Assembly (NCBI RefSeq): GCF_006345805.1
Contig: NC_043007.1
Coordinates: 59,830,001 to 59,894,000, forward strand
Reading direction: 5' to 3'
DNA from: Octopus sinensis
Lineage: Eukaryota
Length of the DNA: 64,000 nucleotides
Shown: piece after piece, positions 51,481 to 64,000 of the stretch
How positions within the stretch are numbered: position 1 is the first letter of the stretch
Layout: every line of letters begins with the position of its first letter
The notes under the pieces: generated by a model
Databases searched by the model: none
Told to the model about the DNA's origin: nothing
What the model saw: only the letters and a program-made list of their open reading frames with translations
Position numbers and translations under genes: made by a program

Positions 51481-52379
51481 TTACGTACATACATACATAC
51501 ACACATACATACGTGTGAACGTGGTTATGTGTTTATGTGTGTCTTCGTGCGTGTTTGCGTGTGTGTGTATGAGTGTGTGTGTGTCTGTTGAGTTGTGCCA
51601 TACTGCATTGAAATAAAGCCTGAGCAATTTATCATTCTTAAACCCTTATGAATAATGGGTTTATAAGCAATATCTGCGTGGACATTTAAAGCTGTTACTC
51701 AATCGCTGACGAATTCCCAACATGAAATATTATTGCATAATTTCGACTTGTACTTGACATTTTTCATACTGTAAGGCACATCAATATTTCATAAATTTCT
51801 GGAATTGTCATAAAAAACAAAAGGATGAAAATTGTTGCTATGGAGAAAGATTGACTAATCTTTTCGAAAGACATGAACTGAACTAAATGTATCTGTTGGT
51901 ATTTTGATGGCTACAAATCGTTTAATAAAGCAAGCAGATCTTGTGCAACATATCTTTATATGGGTTGCACGATTCATTGTCTTTGTTTTGTAACGCCATT
52001 TAATCCGAGCAGTACTATAATATAATCTGAACAGTACCATAATTTAATCCGAGTAGTACTACAAACACATGTGCTAGCAACACTAACATCTACATTACAA
52101 TAATAATGCGTTGTGTTCATAGACTTCAGTCTAATTGCAAGAAGTCCAGCGAAAAAGCTGCTAAAAAAGAAAAATGGAAAACCATCTTGGATCGCCTGAA
52201 AATTTGCAAGAATAATAAAAATAGGACTAAAGAGGACTGGCTCTGCCTCGTGTTTAGTTATTGAACATCCATTAAGCAATTCGCATCTAAGCACCATTTG
52301 TTCGTCGTCCATCGAAGTAATGGTACAATCCCAAGCAATGGCAAAGCATGATACAAAAGGGGGAATTTCTGCAAGAGAA

Positions 52380-52545
52380 GTGAAGGCATGCCTATGTAGT
52401 AAGAAGTTTCCCTCTCAAACATATGGCTCCAGATTCAATCCCAGTTCGTTACACCTTGGGAAAATATCTTGTATTATAATCCCAGGCCGACGAAAGCTCG
52501 TGTGTGGGTATGGTAAACAGAAACTGAAAGAAACCTGTCGTGTAT
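52380..52545 (+). mobile_element. SINE family A, 5' half, degenerate
   Basis: Diverged head and core. Confidence 0.55.
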
Positions 52546-52849
52546 ATATATATATATATATATATGTAAGGTTGAAAAAGAACACACGAGTTGATATATA
52601 TGGAAAAAAGTCAAGGTAGAAAATTCTAAAATAATTTTATAAAAAAACATTTCACTACCGGTTTCAGTCATTGAGACTTTTTCAACTGTAAGTATGGAAA
52701 ACAATTAAATTTTGGAGAAATTAAAAGAAAAGATTTTAAAAGAATATTTGCATAGTATTCAAATACAAGGGGCATTTTCCGTGTTTCTGCCTGTCTCTGT
52801 CTCTCTTGTTTACGCTTGTGGCTTCGAGGTCGTTGTGAATTCTTGGCAG

Positions 52850-53030
52850 AGAAGAAGAAGAAGAAGAAGAAGACGAAGAAGAAGAAGAAGAAGAAGAAGA
52901 AGAAGAAGAAGAAGAAGAAGAGAAGAAGAAGAAGAAGAAGAAGAAGAAGAAGAAGAAGAAAAGAAGAAAGAAGAAGAAGAAGAAGAAGAAGAAGAAGAAG
53001 AAGAGGAGGAGGAGGAGGAGGAGGATGTGG
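52850..53030. repeat. (GAA)n/(GAG)n microsatellite
   Basis: Direct reading. Confidence 0.95.
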
Positions 53031-53432
53031 AAGTGGCATGATAGTAGTAGGATATTAAATGGTCAAGTGCCCTGAAAGTGGGGGGTGTGGTGAATGATAG
53101 TAGTGACTGAATTCTTGCGACATCTCTTTGGAATGTATTGTTTATAAAATTTGCGTAGGTGTTATTCTAAACAGCAATAGTAGTAAAGTTAGGAAGGAGG
53201 TAGCGGAAAGGAAGAAGTCGAAGAAGAAGGAGAAAGAGAAGGGAGAATAATAAGGGAATGCCGGTGATATGATAGTAGTAGGATGTTAAATGGTCAAGTG
53301 ACCTAAAGGTGACTCGTTATTGATTATAGCAGTGATGTATGTATGTATGTATGTATGTAATTATGTAGGTATGTATGTATAATATATATATATATTATAA
53401 TATATATATATAATATTAATATATATAATATA

Positions 53433-54691
53433 CAGACATGCAGGAAATAAATAGACAACTTTCATTTTCAAAATATCTGATCTAGGCGTCTTAATGTTTT
53501 CAGCGGTGTAGAATTTACAATGTAACTATTCGTTTTTATTATTGGTGCCATTATATTAAACATCTGTGAAGAGTAACCATGCCACGCCCAATAATGTCAG
53601 ATTTTCAAAGAGGTGGTATTGTTGGGTAATCTATGGCTGGTCTTAGCCAGTGAAAACTCGCCGAAAATCTTCAAATTCCTCTTGCTACTGTTAATAGAAT
53701 TATAGAGCAATTCAAAAGACAAGGAAAAAAATCAACAGATTCTTGTCCCGGCCGACCTGGGCCCTCGGAAATGAAGCTTCGCTGTTTGAAGAGAATTGTG
53801 GAAAATGAACCCCGTTCGAAGGCTTTTGACATTGCAAAACAGCTAGAAGTTAGTCCAAGAACGTGTGTTACATATCTGCATAAGCTTGGGTATTATGGAC
53901 GAGCAGCTGAAAGAAAACCTCTCCTTCAACCAATTATTATCATGAAAATAAAGAAATAGGCTAAGGAGATGTCCGAAAAATCCAGTTCATTTCGGGATAG
54001 AGTGATTTTCTCAGATAAATCCAGATTTGCATTATTTTCAGACAGTGGACGTGTTTTGGTCTGGAGGCTTCCCAATCAAGAATTTGATTTGAAATGACTC
54101 CAACTAACTGTGAAACATGGCGGTATCTCTGTAATGGTATGGGGAGCTGTCACCAGCAATGGACGTTCTGAGCTGATCGAATGTGTTGGAACCACAAACT
54201 CTAAAAAGTACATCGAAATATTTGAACAAGGACTACTTCCGATATATTCACACGATAACATAACAAAAAATGAGATTTTATTCATGGAAGACGGGGCTCC
54301 ATGCCACACGGCGAAAAAGAATCAACAATGGCTGGCTTAAAATGGGATCAAAAAGCTTCCTTGGCCGAGCCAATCTCCTGACATGAACCCAATTGAACAT
54401 CTTTGGCGCATACTAGATAGAGCTATACGAAAAACTCGACAGAAACCTAAATCTAAAGATGAATTGCTTCGATTGTTACGTGAAAAGTGGGCAGAAATTC
54501 CACAAGAGACAATCACAATGCTCATCAGTTCAATGCCAAAAAGAGTTTCTGAAATAAAAACTGCAAAGGGAATGACAACTAAATACTAAAGTGTGTAGTT
54601 CTACCTATCGATTACATTCCGATTGTTCGCTTTGCGTATTAAATATAAGATTTTGAAAATCAAAGGTGTGTATTTACTTCCTGCATGTCTG
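53433..54691 (+). mobile_element. Full-length Tc1 element with 42-bp TIRs
   Basis: TA-CAGACATGCAGGAAATAAATAGACAACTTTCATTTTCAAAAT (53433-53474) versus reverse-complemented 54650-54691 with 4 mismatches. Confidence 0.93.
53579..54589 (+). pseudogene. Tc1 DD34E transposase, single frame with in-frame stops
   Basis: ATG 53579 to TAA 54589 is 337 codons in one frame; VIFSDKSRF, KHGGISVMVWG, EDGAPCH-34aa-E (SPDMNPIEHLW). Confidence 0.93.
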
Positions 54692-54693
54692 TT

Positions 54694-54744
<51 letters not shown>

Positions 54745-54745
<1 letters not shown>

Positions 54746-54942
54746 TGCGTGCGTGTGTGTCTTTGTATCTGTGCTTGCCTCACACCAGAGCTTGACAAAT
54801 GGTGGTAGCGGTTCGACAAACAAGACCAACAGTATAAGTACCAGACTTTAAAAATATATGTGTCGGGGTCGATTCGTTCCACTGCAAGGCGGTGCCCCAA
54901 CAAGATAGCAGTCTAATGTTTGAAGCAAGTAAAAGATAAAAG
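54745..54942 (+). mobile_element. SINE family A, 3' half
   Basis: Central and tail motifs. Confidence 0.65.
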
Positions 54943-55104
54943 ATATTTGGATAATTCCTCAAAACACATCCTTAAACTCGTAAACAGATCTGGATATTCT
55001 GAAGGAAATTTTGCTACACATATGATCATCCGTAGTTGTGCTCGATTCCAAAAGAATGTTGTACTTTGCTTTTCCGTAAAATAAGTATAGTCATCGAGTC
55101 CTAG

Positions 55105-55310
55105 AACTGGTTTCATGGGTTTCCATGGCGTATAAGAGACGAGCTGATAACATCACCCTTTGAAGGGACGCTAGTCCGTCAAGAGGTTACTCACTAACAG
55201 CTGAGTAAACTGAAACAACTTGAAATAAAGTGTTTTGTTCAAGAACACAACACACCGCCCTGTCTGGAAATCTAAACCACAATATCACAATCATGCGATA
55301 ATAAGTGTAA
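55105..55310 (-). mobile_element. SINE family C
   Basis: gtgttttgttcaagaacacaac...aaaccacaat motif, as at 50745. Confidence 0.55.
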
Positions 55311-55611
55311 TCTATAGACCAGGCGACTTCACATTATTCCATAGCTTGCGTGAATAGGTGGTTTACGTGTATTGTATAACTGTCCGTGTTCATCACCCGA
55401 TCTTAACCGCATAGCAAAAGACATCGTTGTTGTTATGCAAAAGTGTCGTAAGTCCAAATCGTTACTTTTTCAGAAAATGAAAACATAGTTTCACTATTCT
55501 ACAGGAAAAGCGTTTTACTACACTTTGGCAACTTTTCATATCTTGGTATCTGAAGCAGCTGGAGATACGATAGTTTGATCAAATGAACCGGCTATTGCAA
55601 GCAAAAATAAA

Positions 55612-55826
55612 TATTTATTCCTTTATTGTCCACGGGGGGAGGGGGCTAAACATAGAGGGGAACAAACAAAGGGATTAAGTCGATTTCGTCCCCAGTGCGT
55701 AACTGGTACTTTTTTAATCGACCCCAAAAGGATGAAAGGTGGAATTTGAACTCAGAACGTTACGGCAGCCGAAATACCGCTAAGCATTTCATCCAGTATG
55801 CTAACGATTCAGCCAGCTCTCCGCCC
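55612..55826 (-). mobile_element. SINE family B, near full length
   Basis: Head to aataaaggaataaata tail on the reverse strand. Confidence 0.8.
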
Positions 55827-56335
55827 TAAGCAAAAATAAATATTGAAAAAAAAAATGTATTTGGCCAAATTTGGACATACGACAGTTTAACATAATAGCA
55901 ATTACATGTATTCGCATAAAAAAATGCAGTTTATAATGCATCGTAAATTTCGGATTTCATAGAGAAAACATTGTAGACATGGATACTAAATAATCCCAGA
56001 TTACTGTTAAATTTTATTGGAAATTACACCTGACGGCGTCCATGGTATCTTAAAGGTTAAGGGTATCATGCTAAGTATTAAGTTATATCGCTTTGGTATT
56101 TGTACTTTTGTGAATTGCGCTCAGGTTATTTGCTTCTATTATCTCAAAGTATATTCCGTTTCTTTTTCTTCAACATCTTCAATTAGTACGAAATATCTTT
56201 AACAGTATATTCAGACATTTGACCAAGACCGCGCGCGCACCCACACCCGTACACACAGACACAAACACACGCACACATATACATATGTATGAATATGAGT
56301 ATTTTTTTATGTATGCATGTATGTATGTATGTGCG

Positions 56336-56377
<42 letters not shown>

Positions 56378-56502
56378 CAGTCAATACGTACATATACTTA
56401 CATTATACATATTTACATATAATAATATGTACACTCACAAAAACAGACAGACACGGACAGACACAATACACACGCACACACAGACCAGACACAGACATAC
56501 AG

Positions 56503-56547
<45 letters not shown>

Positions 56548-56711
56548 TACATACACACACATATAGAAGCATCCATACACTCACAAACATTTACATTCAT
56601 ACATATGCACACACACACACACACACATATACTACGCATTGTTTGCAAAAAGAATCCTGAAATAATTCTTAGATAAGAATACTTACGTCAGTTTGTTACC
56701 AATTAAGTTGG

Positions 56712-56915
56712 TTAGCTGGCAGAATCGTTAGGGCGACGGAATGCATTCATACTTTGCGGTATTTCTTGCGACTTTTTTACGTTCTGAGTCCAATCCCCGT
56801 TGAGTTCGACTTTATCTTTCATCCATCCAAGGCCAAGAAAATAATGTACTAAGCGGTACATTATTTTATTGGGGTCCTGTACTCAAAATTACTAACCAAA
56901 TGCCTAAACCAGAAA
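56712..56915 (+). mobile_element. SINE family B
   Basis: agctggcagaatcgttag...gttctgagtcc...gagttcgacttt. Confidence 0.65.
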
Positions 56916-57436
56916 CGGTTATTAAAATAAAGATGTAAGATTTACTGGGTCGGGTGATATATTCACTAGAAACGAAAATTACGTATATATTGGACGTTCT
57001 ACCGAACTAAAACAATTTAGCCTTACCGACTCTATCGTCTACCCAGGGTAGATCTTAGCTACAAACACATATGTAAATAAAAAGGAAGTACCTTCAATCA
57101 TAACACCTTTCTGTCCTTGGGTGGTATCTGTTACCTATTTGCTCACCCCTAGAAAGTATGAAAAATAGCTAATATTTCCTTCATACTTTGCTTTTGTTAC
57201 ATTTATTCAAACCCGAAAGAATCCCTCCCCCACTATACCTGTTCATCATCAGAGATGCACATATTATCAGCCACTAAGGGACACGCTCAAGTGTTTAAGG
57301 TCAAGCAACTGACAAACAAATCTGTGATACTGAGCAGAATATTTGCTATATCGGTATTTATGCTTTAGCAACTCAGCACTGAATCTGTCTGAAATGTAAT
57401 GGAAAATAGGTCAGTTTGAAAACATTGACATCCAGG

Positions 57437-57626
57437 TGGTAAGAAGCTTGTTTCGCAAACCACATGGTTCCGGGTTCAGTCCCACACTTGAGCAGGTGTC
57501 TTCTATTATAGCCTCAGGCCGAGCAAAGCCTTGTGGGTGAATTTGATGGAGGGAAATTCAAAGAAGTCCGTCGTATATGTGTGTGTGTGTATGTGTGTGT
57601 GTGTGTGTGTGTGTGTTGTGTGTATG

Positions 57627-57665
<39 letters not shown>

Positions 57666-57870
57666 TGTGTGTGCGCGTGCGTGTGTATCCACCATCACTT
57701 GACTGCTGATGTTGGCGTGTTTACGTCCCCGAAACGTAGCGGTTTGGCAAAGAACCCCGATGGAATAAGTACTATGCTTCCAAGGAATAAGTCGTAGGGT
57801 CGATTTGTTCAGCCAAAGGTGGTGCTCCAGCATGGCCGCAGTCGTATGACTGAAACAAGTAAAAGAATAA
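57437..57870 (+). mobile_element. SINE family A
   Basis: Head, core and tail. Confidence 0.8.
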
Positions 57871-57904
57871 ATGAATATGAATATATATATATTCTATTAA
57901 CCTT

Positions 57905-58074
57905 ATACTTGTTTCAGCTTTAAAGGGTGTTAGTTGAAGAAATCGACCCCAGGACTTATTCTTAGTAAGCCTAGTACTTATTCTTTTGCCGAACCGCTAA
58001 CTTACACCAGCATCGATTGTCAAGCGAAGGCAGAGGAGACAAACACAGACACAAACACACAAATATATACATAC

Positions 58075-58120
<46 letters not shown>

Positions 58121-58269
58121 GATGGGCTTCTTCCAGTTTCCGTCTACCAAATCCACTCACAAAACTTTGGTTAGCCCGGGGCTTTAGTAGAAGACACATA
58201 TTCACGGTGCCACGCAGTGGGACTATACACGGGACCATGTGGTTGACAAGCAATCTTCTTACCACATAG

Positions 58270-58272
<3 letters not shown>
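57905..58272 (-). mobile_element. SINE family A (tail-to-tail with the previous copy)
   Basis: Head, core and tail on the reverse strand. Confidence 0.8.
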
Positions 58273-58329
<57 letters not shown>

Positions 58330-58330
<1 letters not shown>

Positions 58331-59010
58331 TAGCTGAAGGTGACCCGCTCTACGCGCGGGTAAGAGTGTGGTTGTTACTTTCTGTTGCTTCCTTTCAGCA
58401 CGTAAAAAATAACGTGGCCGATTGCAGCGCCGCATTGACTGGCTTCTGTGCCGGTGGCACGTAAATAGCACCAACCGATCGTTGCCGCTGCCAGCCCCCC
58501 TGGCACCTGTGCCGGCGGCACGAAAAAGTGATGGGAAAAGAGGAAAGAACGCTATTTCACGAAGTTATAAATAGAAAGTGAAAGGGAGTTAGAGGGGAAG
58601 GGCGTGAGTGAGTGAGAAAGACGGATACAATAAAGAACCGGAGTGGACTTGTCAAAGTGGGTTTTTGGCCCCTAGCAATGACACCTGTTAAGATAGGGAT
58701 TTCTAAGGTAGCCCACGGGCATCGTCACCTCATTTTACATGTCCCTGGTAATTTAAAAAAAATAATATTGAAAATATATAAAATGGAAAAATTTAAATTC
58801 TCATTTTACTCATTTACTTGTTTCAGTCATTTGACTGCGGCCATGCTGGAGCACCGCCTTTAGTCGAGCAAATCGACCCTGGGACTTATTCTTTGTAAGC
58901 CCAGTACTTATTCTATCGGTCTCTTTTTGCCGAACCGCTAAGTGACGGGGACATAAGCACACCAGCATCGGTTGTCAAGCAATGCTAGGGGGACAAACAC
59001 AGACACACAA

Positions 59011-59046
<36 letters not shown>

Positions 59047-59770
59047 GCATATATACGACAGGCTTCTTTCAGTTTCCGTCTACCAAATCCACTCACAAGG
59101 CATTGGTCGGCCCGGGGCTATAGCAGAAGACACTTGCCCAAGATGCCACACAGTGGGACTGAACCCGGAACCATGTGGTTGGTTAGCAAGCTACTTACCA
59201 CACAGCCACTCCTGCGCCTAAATTATTTAAATTTAAAATAAAAATTATTAAATTATATTTATAATTTGTTTAAAAATTTATATAACTATCAAAAAGTATT
59301 AAAAAGTTTAATATACATAAATACAGATATATACACTTTGTATATATACATTATATATACATATTTATATATCGAACACACACACACACACATATATAAA
59401 TGAACGCAATAAAAAAAATTCATAATATTTGTTCTCATGATTGTGTGTTGGTGGTGGCGTGTGGCGATGATAATTCTCCCTATGAATGCGGACAGATACA
59501 TCAAAGAACGCCGTCTGACGAACTTTACATTAAATAACGGGAGTGGACTTGTCAAAGTTATACATGAAGGGGGGTTAGAGGGGAATGGAGGAAATAGCGT
59601 GAGTGAGGAAGATGGCCCCTAGCAACCACACCTTTTAAGATAGGGATTTCTAAGGTAGCCCACGGGCATCGTCACCTCATTCTACATGTCCCGGTAAATT
59701 TTGGAGCGAATCGGACGGGGCGTAGTGGCATTGAAAGCGAGCCAAGCGGTAAAAGCGCATTTCAGTTTTA
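58330..59770 (-). mobile_element. Composite Helitron-type element with an internal duplication and nested SINE
   Basis: Minus-strand 3' end has the hairpin acccgc/gcgggt, then CTAG-T; segment ggagtggacttgtcaaagt...gatagggatttctaaggtagcccacgggcatcgtcacctcatt occurs at about 58640-58750 and 59540-59695. Confidence 0.6.
58803..59218 (-). mobile_element. SINE family A, best-preserved full-length copy
   Basis: Complete head ggcgcaggagtggctgtgtggtaagtagc through tail gactgaaacaagtaaatgagtaa. Confidence 0.9.
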
Positions 59771-59778
59771 TATATATA

Positions 59779-60156
59779 CTAGCAGTATCGCCCGGCGTTG
59801 CTCAGGTTTGTAAGGGAAATAACTATAAAGCATTTTTAGAGAGTTATAGCCAAAAAATAGCAAAAAATGGAAAAAAAATTATGGTAAATTTTTTTTGAGA
59901 GTTAAAAAAAGGTGGAGTTGCGTCCCCTAGACCGTCTGTGGTTTGGGTTTCTGATTCTCGACCCCATGTCGAATTTATCGATTTTTTTCAGAACTGGGGG
60001 AACTTTTCAAAATTTTCGGTGCGTTAGTTTTGAATTATGACATTGGGCTATGTGTGTGTCAAGTTTCATCAGAATCGGTTGAAAGCCGTGGTCAGAGTGA
60101 GGGTACGAGAAAACAGACACACAGAAAACGCACAGACAAACTGCCGTTTATATAGA
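59779..60156 (-). mobile_element. Non-autonomous Helitron, both termini intact
   Basis: Minus strand A|TC... at 60157/60156; 3' hairpin cctg-agcaacgc-cggg, then CTAG|T at 59779. Confidence 0.8.
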
Positions 60157-60235
60157 TATATATATCAATATATATTATATATATATATATATAATATATA
60201 TATATATCTATTATATATATATGTATGTATGTATA

Positions 60236-60266
<31 letters not shown>

Positions 60267-60280
60267 TGTATGTATGTATG

Positions 60281-61599
60281 TATGATATATGATTTGAAAA
60301 GAGTGGAAGAAGATACACTGATATTGTATTTAATAAAGGCTATAGATATATTTCTATTGGATTGGTTGAAGGTTTTTTTTTTGTCTAAGGGTAGATATAA
60401 TAGTTATACATGTTTCAGTAAAAATAGACCAATGGAGATGATCAGCTTTATCGTTAATAATGCATACGTTATTTTTGCTGGGAAGGTTTTAGACAAACTA
60501 ACGGGATTCCAATGGGTGGTAATTGTAGACCTGAATTAGTGGATTTGTATTTGTCTTCACGGGAGTTCAGTTTTCTTAATGATTTATACCGAAGAAAAAA
60601 GATAGATTTGGTCAAATAACTCAGTGAATGCTGCAGATTTATCGATGATATTTTTATTCCTAACTATAGGCATTTTGAATATTTGCTGAGTAAAATATAT
60701 CCGGAGAATCCCGAGGCAAGTAGAAATGGTGACTCCGTAAAAGAAGTTAACAATTTGAGTGTGAGAAAATAGTAAGGACGAAACGAGTATTTACAATAAA
60801 ACATCTATTTTCTACATTACATCATTGCATTAGGAGTGTAGTAGAATTCCTCTATGGATGGATTATAACGTGTTTTTCAGTCAGGTCATTAGATATGATA
60901 GAATTATAAATAATGTTGGAATGTTTTTGAATAGGTTAATATGTTAAAGGCGCACAGGTAAAAATAAGATTACAGTAGTAAAAGGTTGGTTAAATGTTTT
61001 AATTATTTTTTATGTAAACATAGTGAGGTTTTGAGAATGTATGGAATGATCTCGAGTTTACAGTTGAGCCTGGAATTGTAAGGAGTGTTAGCCTTTTACT
61101 CTGGTGTTTTGAGGCTGGTTGTCATTTACTCCTGCTGTGTAGCCGTCATTTCCTATAGGGTACAACATCTCTTCCATTGGGTAGTTCGAATTGACTTCCA
61201 CCTGTTGACAGGCTTCAATTTTTCGGATCTTTGGCAGAGTAGGGTTAAGACGTGTATATGTTTTCCGTTAATTTCTCTGCAACACGTAAGATTTCGTTAT
61301 ATATAGCATTATTTCGATAGTATTTTTATTTTAGTAGTTTTCAATATTCTTAGTTGTGAGTGTATACGTTGATTTAAATTACATATATTTTAATTTTATA
61401 ATTATGGATAATTTGAGTTGTTCCCAAGTAGCAAGTCCATTGGCAGTTTTTAATTATAATGGATTATTTAGTTTTTATTTGCATTTAGGACGTGTTATTA
61501 GTTTCTTTTTTTTTCTGTAGTTTCAGCTCAGAGCTGCGACCATGCTGATGCACCGCCGTAATTTGCTTTAATTATAGATCTATATTTATGTGTGTATAT

Positions 61600-61600
<1 letters not shown>
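60281..61600. repeat. Tandem duplication, copy 1
   Basis: Near-identical to 61714-63030 (offset about 1433-1435). Confidence 0.95.
60285..61085 (+). pseudogene. Naiad/Chlamys-type PLE reverse transcriptase, C-terminal part
   Basis: FIVNNAYVIFAGKV(fs)RQTNGIPMGGNCRPELVDLYL...RFIDD...IYPE...VFFSQVIRYDRI...FLCKHSEVLRMYG; the ORF ends with no GIY-YIG. Confidence 0.75.
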
Positions 61601-61650
<50 letters not shown>

Positions 61651-61713
61651 TATATATGTATGTATGTATATATGTATGTATGTCTGTATGTATGTATGTA
61701 TGTATGTATGATG

Positions 61714-63030
61714 TATGATATATGATTTGAAAAGAGTGGAAGAAGATACACTGATATTGTATTTAATAAAGGCTATAGATATATTTTCTTGGATTGGTTG
61801 GTGAAGGTTTTTTTTTTGTCTAAGGGTAGATATAATAGTTATACATGTTTCAGTAAAAATAGACCAATGGAGATGATCAGCTTTATCGTTAATAATGCAT
61901 ACGTTATTTTTGCTGGGAAGGTTTTAGACAAACTAACGGGATTCCAATGGGTGGTAATTGTAGACCTGAATTAGTGGATTTGTATTTGTCTTCACGGGAG
62001 TTCAGTTTTCTTAATGATTTATACCGAAGAAAAAGATAGATTTGGTCAATAACTCAGTGAATGCTGCAGATTTATCGATGATATTTTTATTCCTAACTAT
62101 AGGCATTTTGAATATTTGCTGAGTAAAATATATCCGGAGAATCCCGAGGCAAGTAGAAATGGTGACTCCGTAAAAGAAGTTAACAATTTGAGTGTGAGAA
62201 AATAGTAAGGACGAAACGAGTATTTACAATAAAACATCTATTTTCTACATTACATCATTGCATTAGGAGTGTAGTAGAATTCCTCTATGGATGGATTATA
62301 ACGTGTTTTTCAGTCAGGTCATTAGATATGATAGAATTATAAATAATGTTGGAATGTTTTTGAATAGGTTAATATGTTAAAGGCGCACAGGTAAAAATAA
62401 GATTACAGTAGTAAAAGGTTGGTTAAATGTTTTAATTATTTTTTATGTAAACATAGTGAGGTTTTGAGAATGTATGGAATGATCTCGAGTTTACAGTTGA
62501 GCCTGGAATTGTAAGGAGTGTTAGCCTTTTACTCTGTGTTTGAGGCGGTTGTCATTTACTCCTGCTGTGTAGCCGTCATTTCCTATAGGGTACAACATCT
62601 CTTCCATTGGGTAGTCGAATTGACTTCCACCTGTTGACAGGCTTCAATTTTTCGGATCTTTGGCAGAGTAGGGTTAAGACGTGTATATGTTTTCCGTTAA
62701 TTTCTCTGCAACACGTAAGATTTCGTTATATATAGCATTATTTCGATAGTATTTTTATTTTAGTAGTTTTCAATATTCTTAGTTGTGAGTGTATACGTTG
62801 ATTGATTTAATTACATATATTTTAATTTTATAATATGGATAATTTGAGTTGTTCCCAAGTAGCAAGTCCATTGGCAGTTTTTAATTATAATGGATTATTT
62901 AGTTTTTATTTGCATTTAGGACGTGTTATTAGTTTCTTTTTTTTTCTGTAGTTTCAGCTCAGAGCTGCGACCATGCTGATGCACCGCCGTAATTTGCTTT
63001 AATTATAGATCTATATTTATGTGTGTATAT
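61714..63030. repeat. Tandem duplication, copy 2 (includes a second RT remnant, about 61720-62515)
   Basis: Near-identical to 60281-61600. Confidence 0.95.
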
Positions 63031-63817
63031 ATATATATATAATTTTCTATTTAATTTAATTATATTTACCTTTTTATTTTATTGTTTTACCTTTAATGAG
63101 CAATTTATTTGGTTAATATTATTTCATAGTATTGAACTTGTTTCGTAGATATTGATCTAAGCTTGGCCTTTTCTTTCAACATAGTTGTTTACGTGATGTA
63201 CTGTTCCACTAATCTTTATTAGGCTTGATTTTGGTGCGATATCATGTTCTTGATATGACGTTCAATGAGAACCAATATATCTAGAAGTCTATGTTTGCTG
63301 TATTGTTTGAATTTCCTTTTTGGAATAAACACTTTGTTATAAGTACTATTTTGCAGCAATAAGTTATCACTATTTGTTTACTCTGCTGCTGTTACTTGTA
63401 GTGGATTCCCAAGCCGGTGGATTCCCAAGCAGCGTTTATACTTTTAATGCTGTTGACACTGACGAACTGAATGGTGTCGAAATCATAGTGATATCCGTTT
63501 GGGAGCTGATGAGGGGAATACACATATGTTATGCCTGACTGTGAATTTCTTATGTATTAGTCTCGTCATTTTGCGTTGTCCTTCACTCTTATAAAGTGAA
63601 AAGTCTTTGTAGATTCGTAGTGTGAGATCACTATTGTTTGGTTTTCTTCACAGGTAATCTAATTTGGCTTAGATTATGTTTAGATATCGGTGTTGAATTT
63701 TGGGAGGTTCTGTAGTATATGTATGTATATATGTATGTATGTATGTGTGTATGCATGTATGTATATATATATATATATATATGCGTGTGTGTATATGTGT
63801 GTGTAAGTGTGTGGGTG

Positions 63818-63950
63818 TATACACATATGTATGGATGTATGTATACACATATGTATGGATGTATGTATACACATATGTATGGATGTATGTATACACATAT
63901 GTATGGATGTATGTATACACATATGTATGGATGTATGTATACACATATGT
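63818..63950. repeat. 24-bp minisatellite (gtatacacatatgtatggatgtat) x about 5
   Basis: Direct reading. Confidence 0.9.
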
Positions 63951-64000
63951 ATGTACGCATACATACATACATACATATAAACATGTATTTACATGTTATA

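Noticed and set aside
52000-52070. Three degenerate 21-22-bp tandem units resembling a mini-array
   Set aside because: No spacers and low copy number; ordinary slippage repeat, not CRISPR-like, and the context is eukaryotic.
53035-53340. About 70-bp direct repeats roughly 235 bp apart
   Set aside because: Local duplication in purine-rich low-complexity DNA; no LTR or TSD features.
63467-63505. Hammerhead-like CTGACGA...GAAA-TCA-tag-TGA-TA
   Set aside because: Stem I and stem II do not pair; a competing gacac/gtgtc hairpin is more plausible.

Overview
Gene-poor, AT-rich, microsatellite-dense animal DNA. The SINE families resemble the tRNA-derived SINEs of Octopus, so a coleoid cephalopod source is inferred, not proven. 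No intact protein-coding gene could be identified. Most listed ORFs are microsatellite read-throughs; the rest are transposon remnants. Mobile elements: dozens of SINEs (4 families); four RTE LINE remnants, one with a 5' inversion and three C2H2 fingers; an R4/Dong-type RLE LINE fragment; two Tc1 DD34E elements; a maT/DD37D-like fragment; three Helitron-type elements; a solo LTR with a 4-bp TSD; and two Penelope-like elements (PLEs) of opposite architecture (RT-GIY-YIG, and a Naiad-type RT with no C-terminal endonuclease). The most interesting signal is non-coding. There are several minimal type I hammerhead ribozyme motifs, including a perfect 72-bp-arm palindrome of two opposed hammerheads and a U3-A8 core variant in the PLE terminus. 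There is also a set of (TA)n-embedded fold-back mini-elements that repeat the end architecture of that PLE. Two tandem duplications (about 1.0 and 1.3 kb) differ mostly by small indels and may be assembly artefacts. All structures were read by eye; no searches or folding programs were run, and repeat boundaries are approximate unless exact termini are stated.
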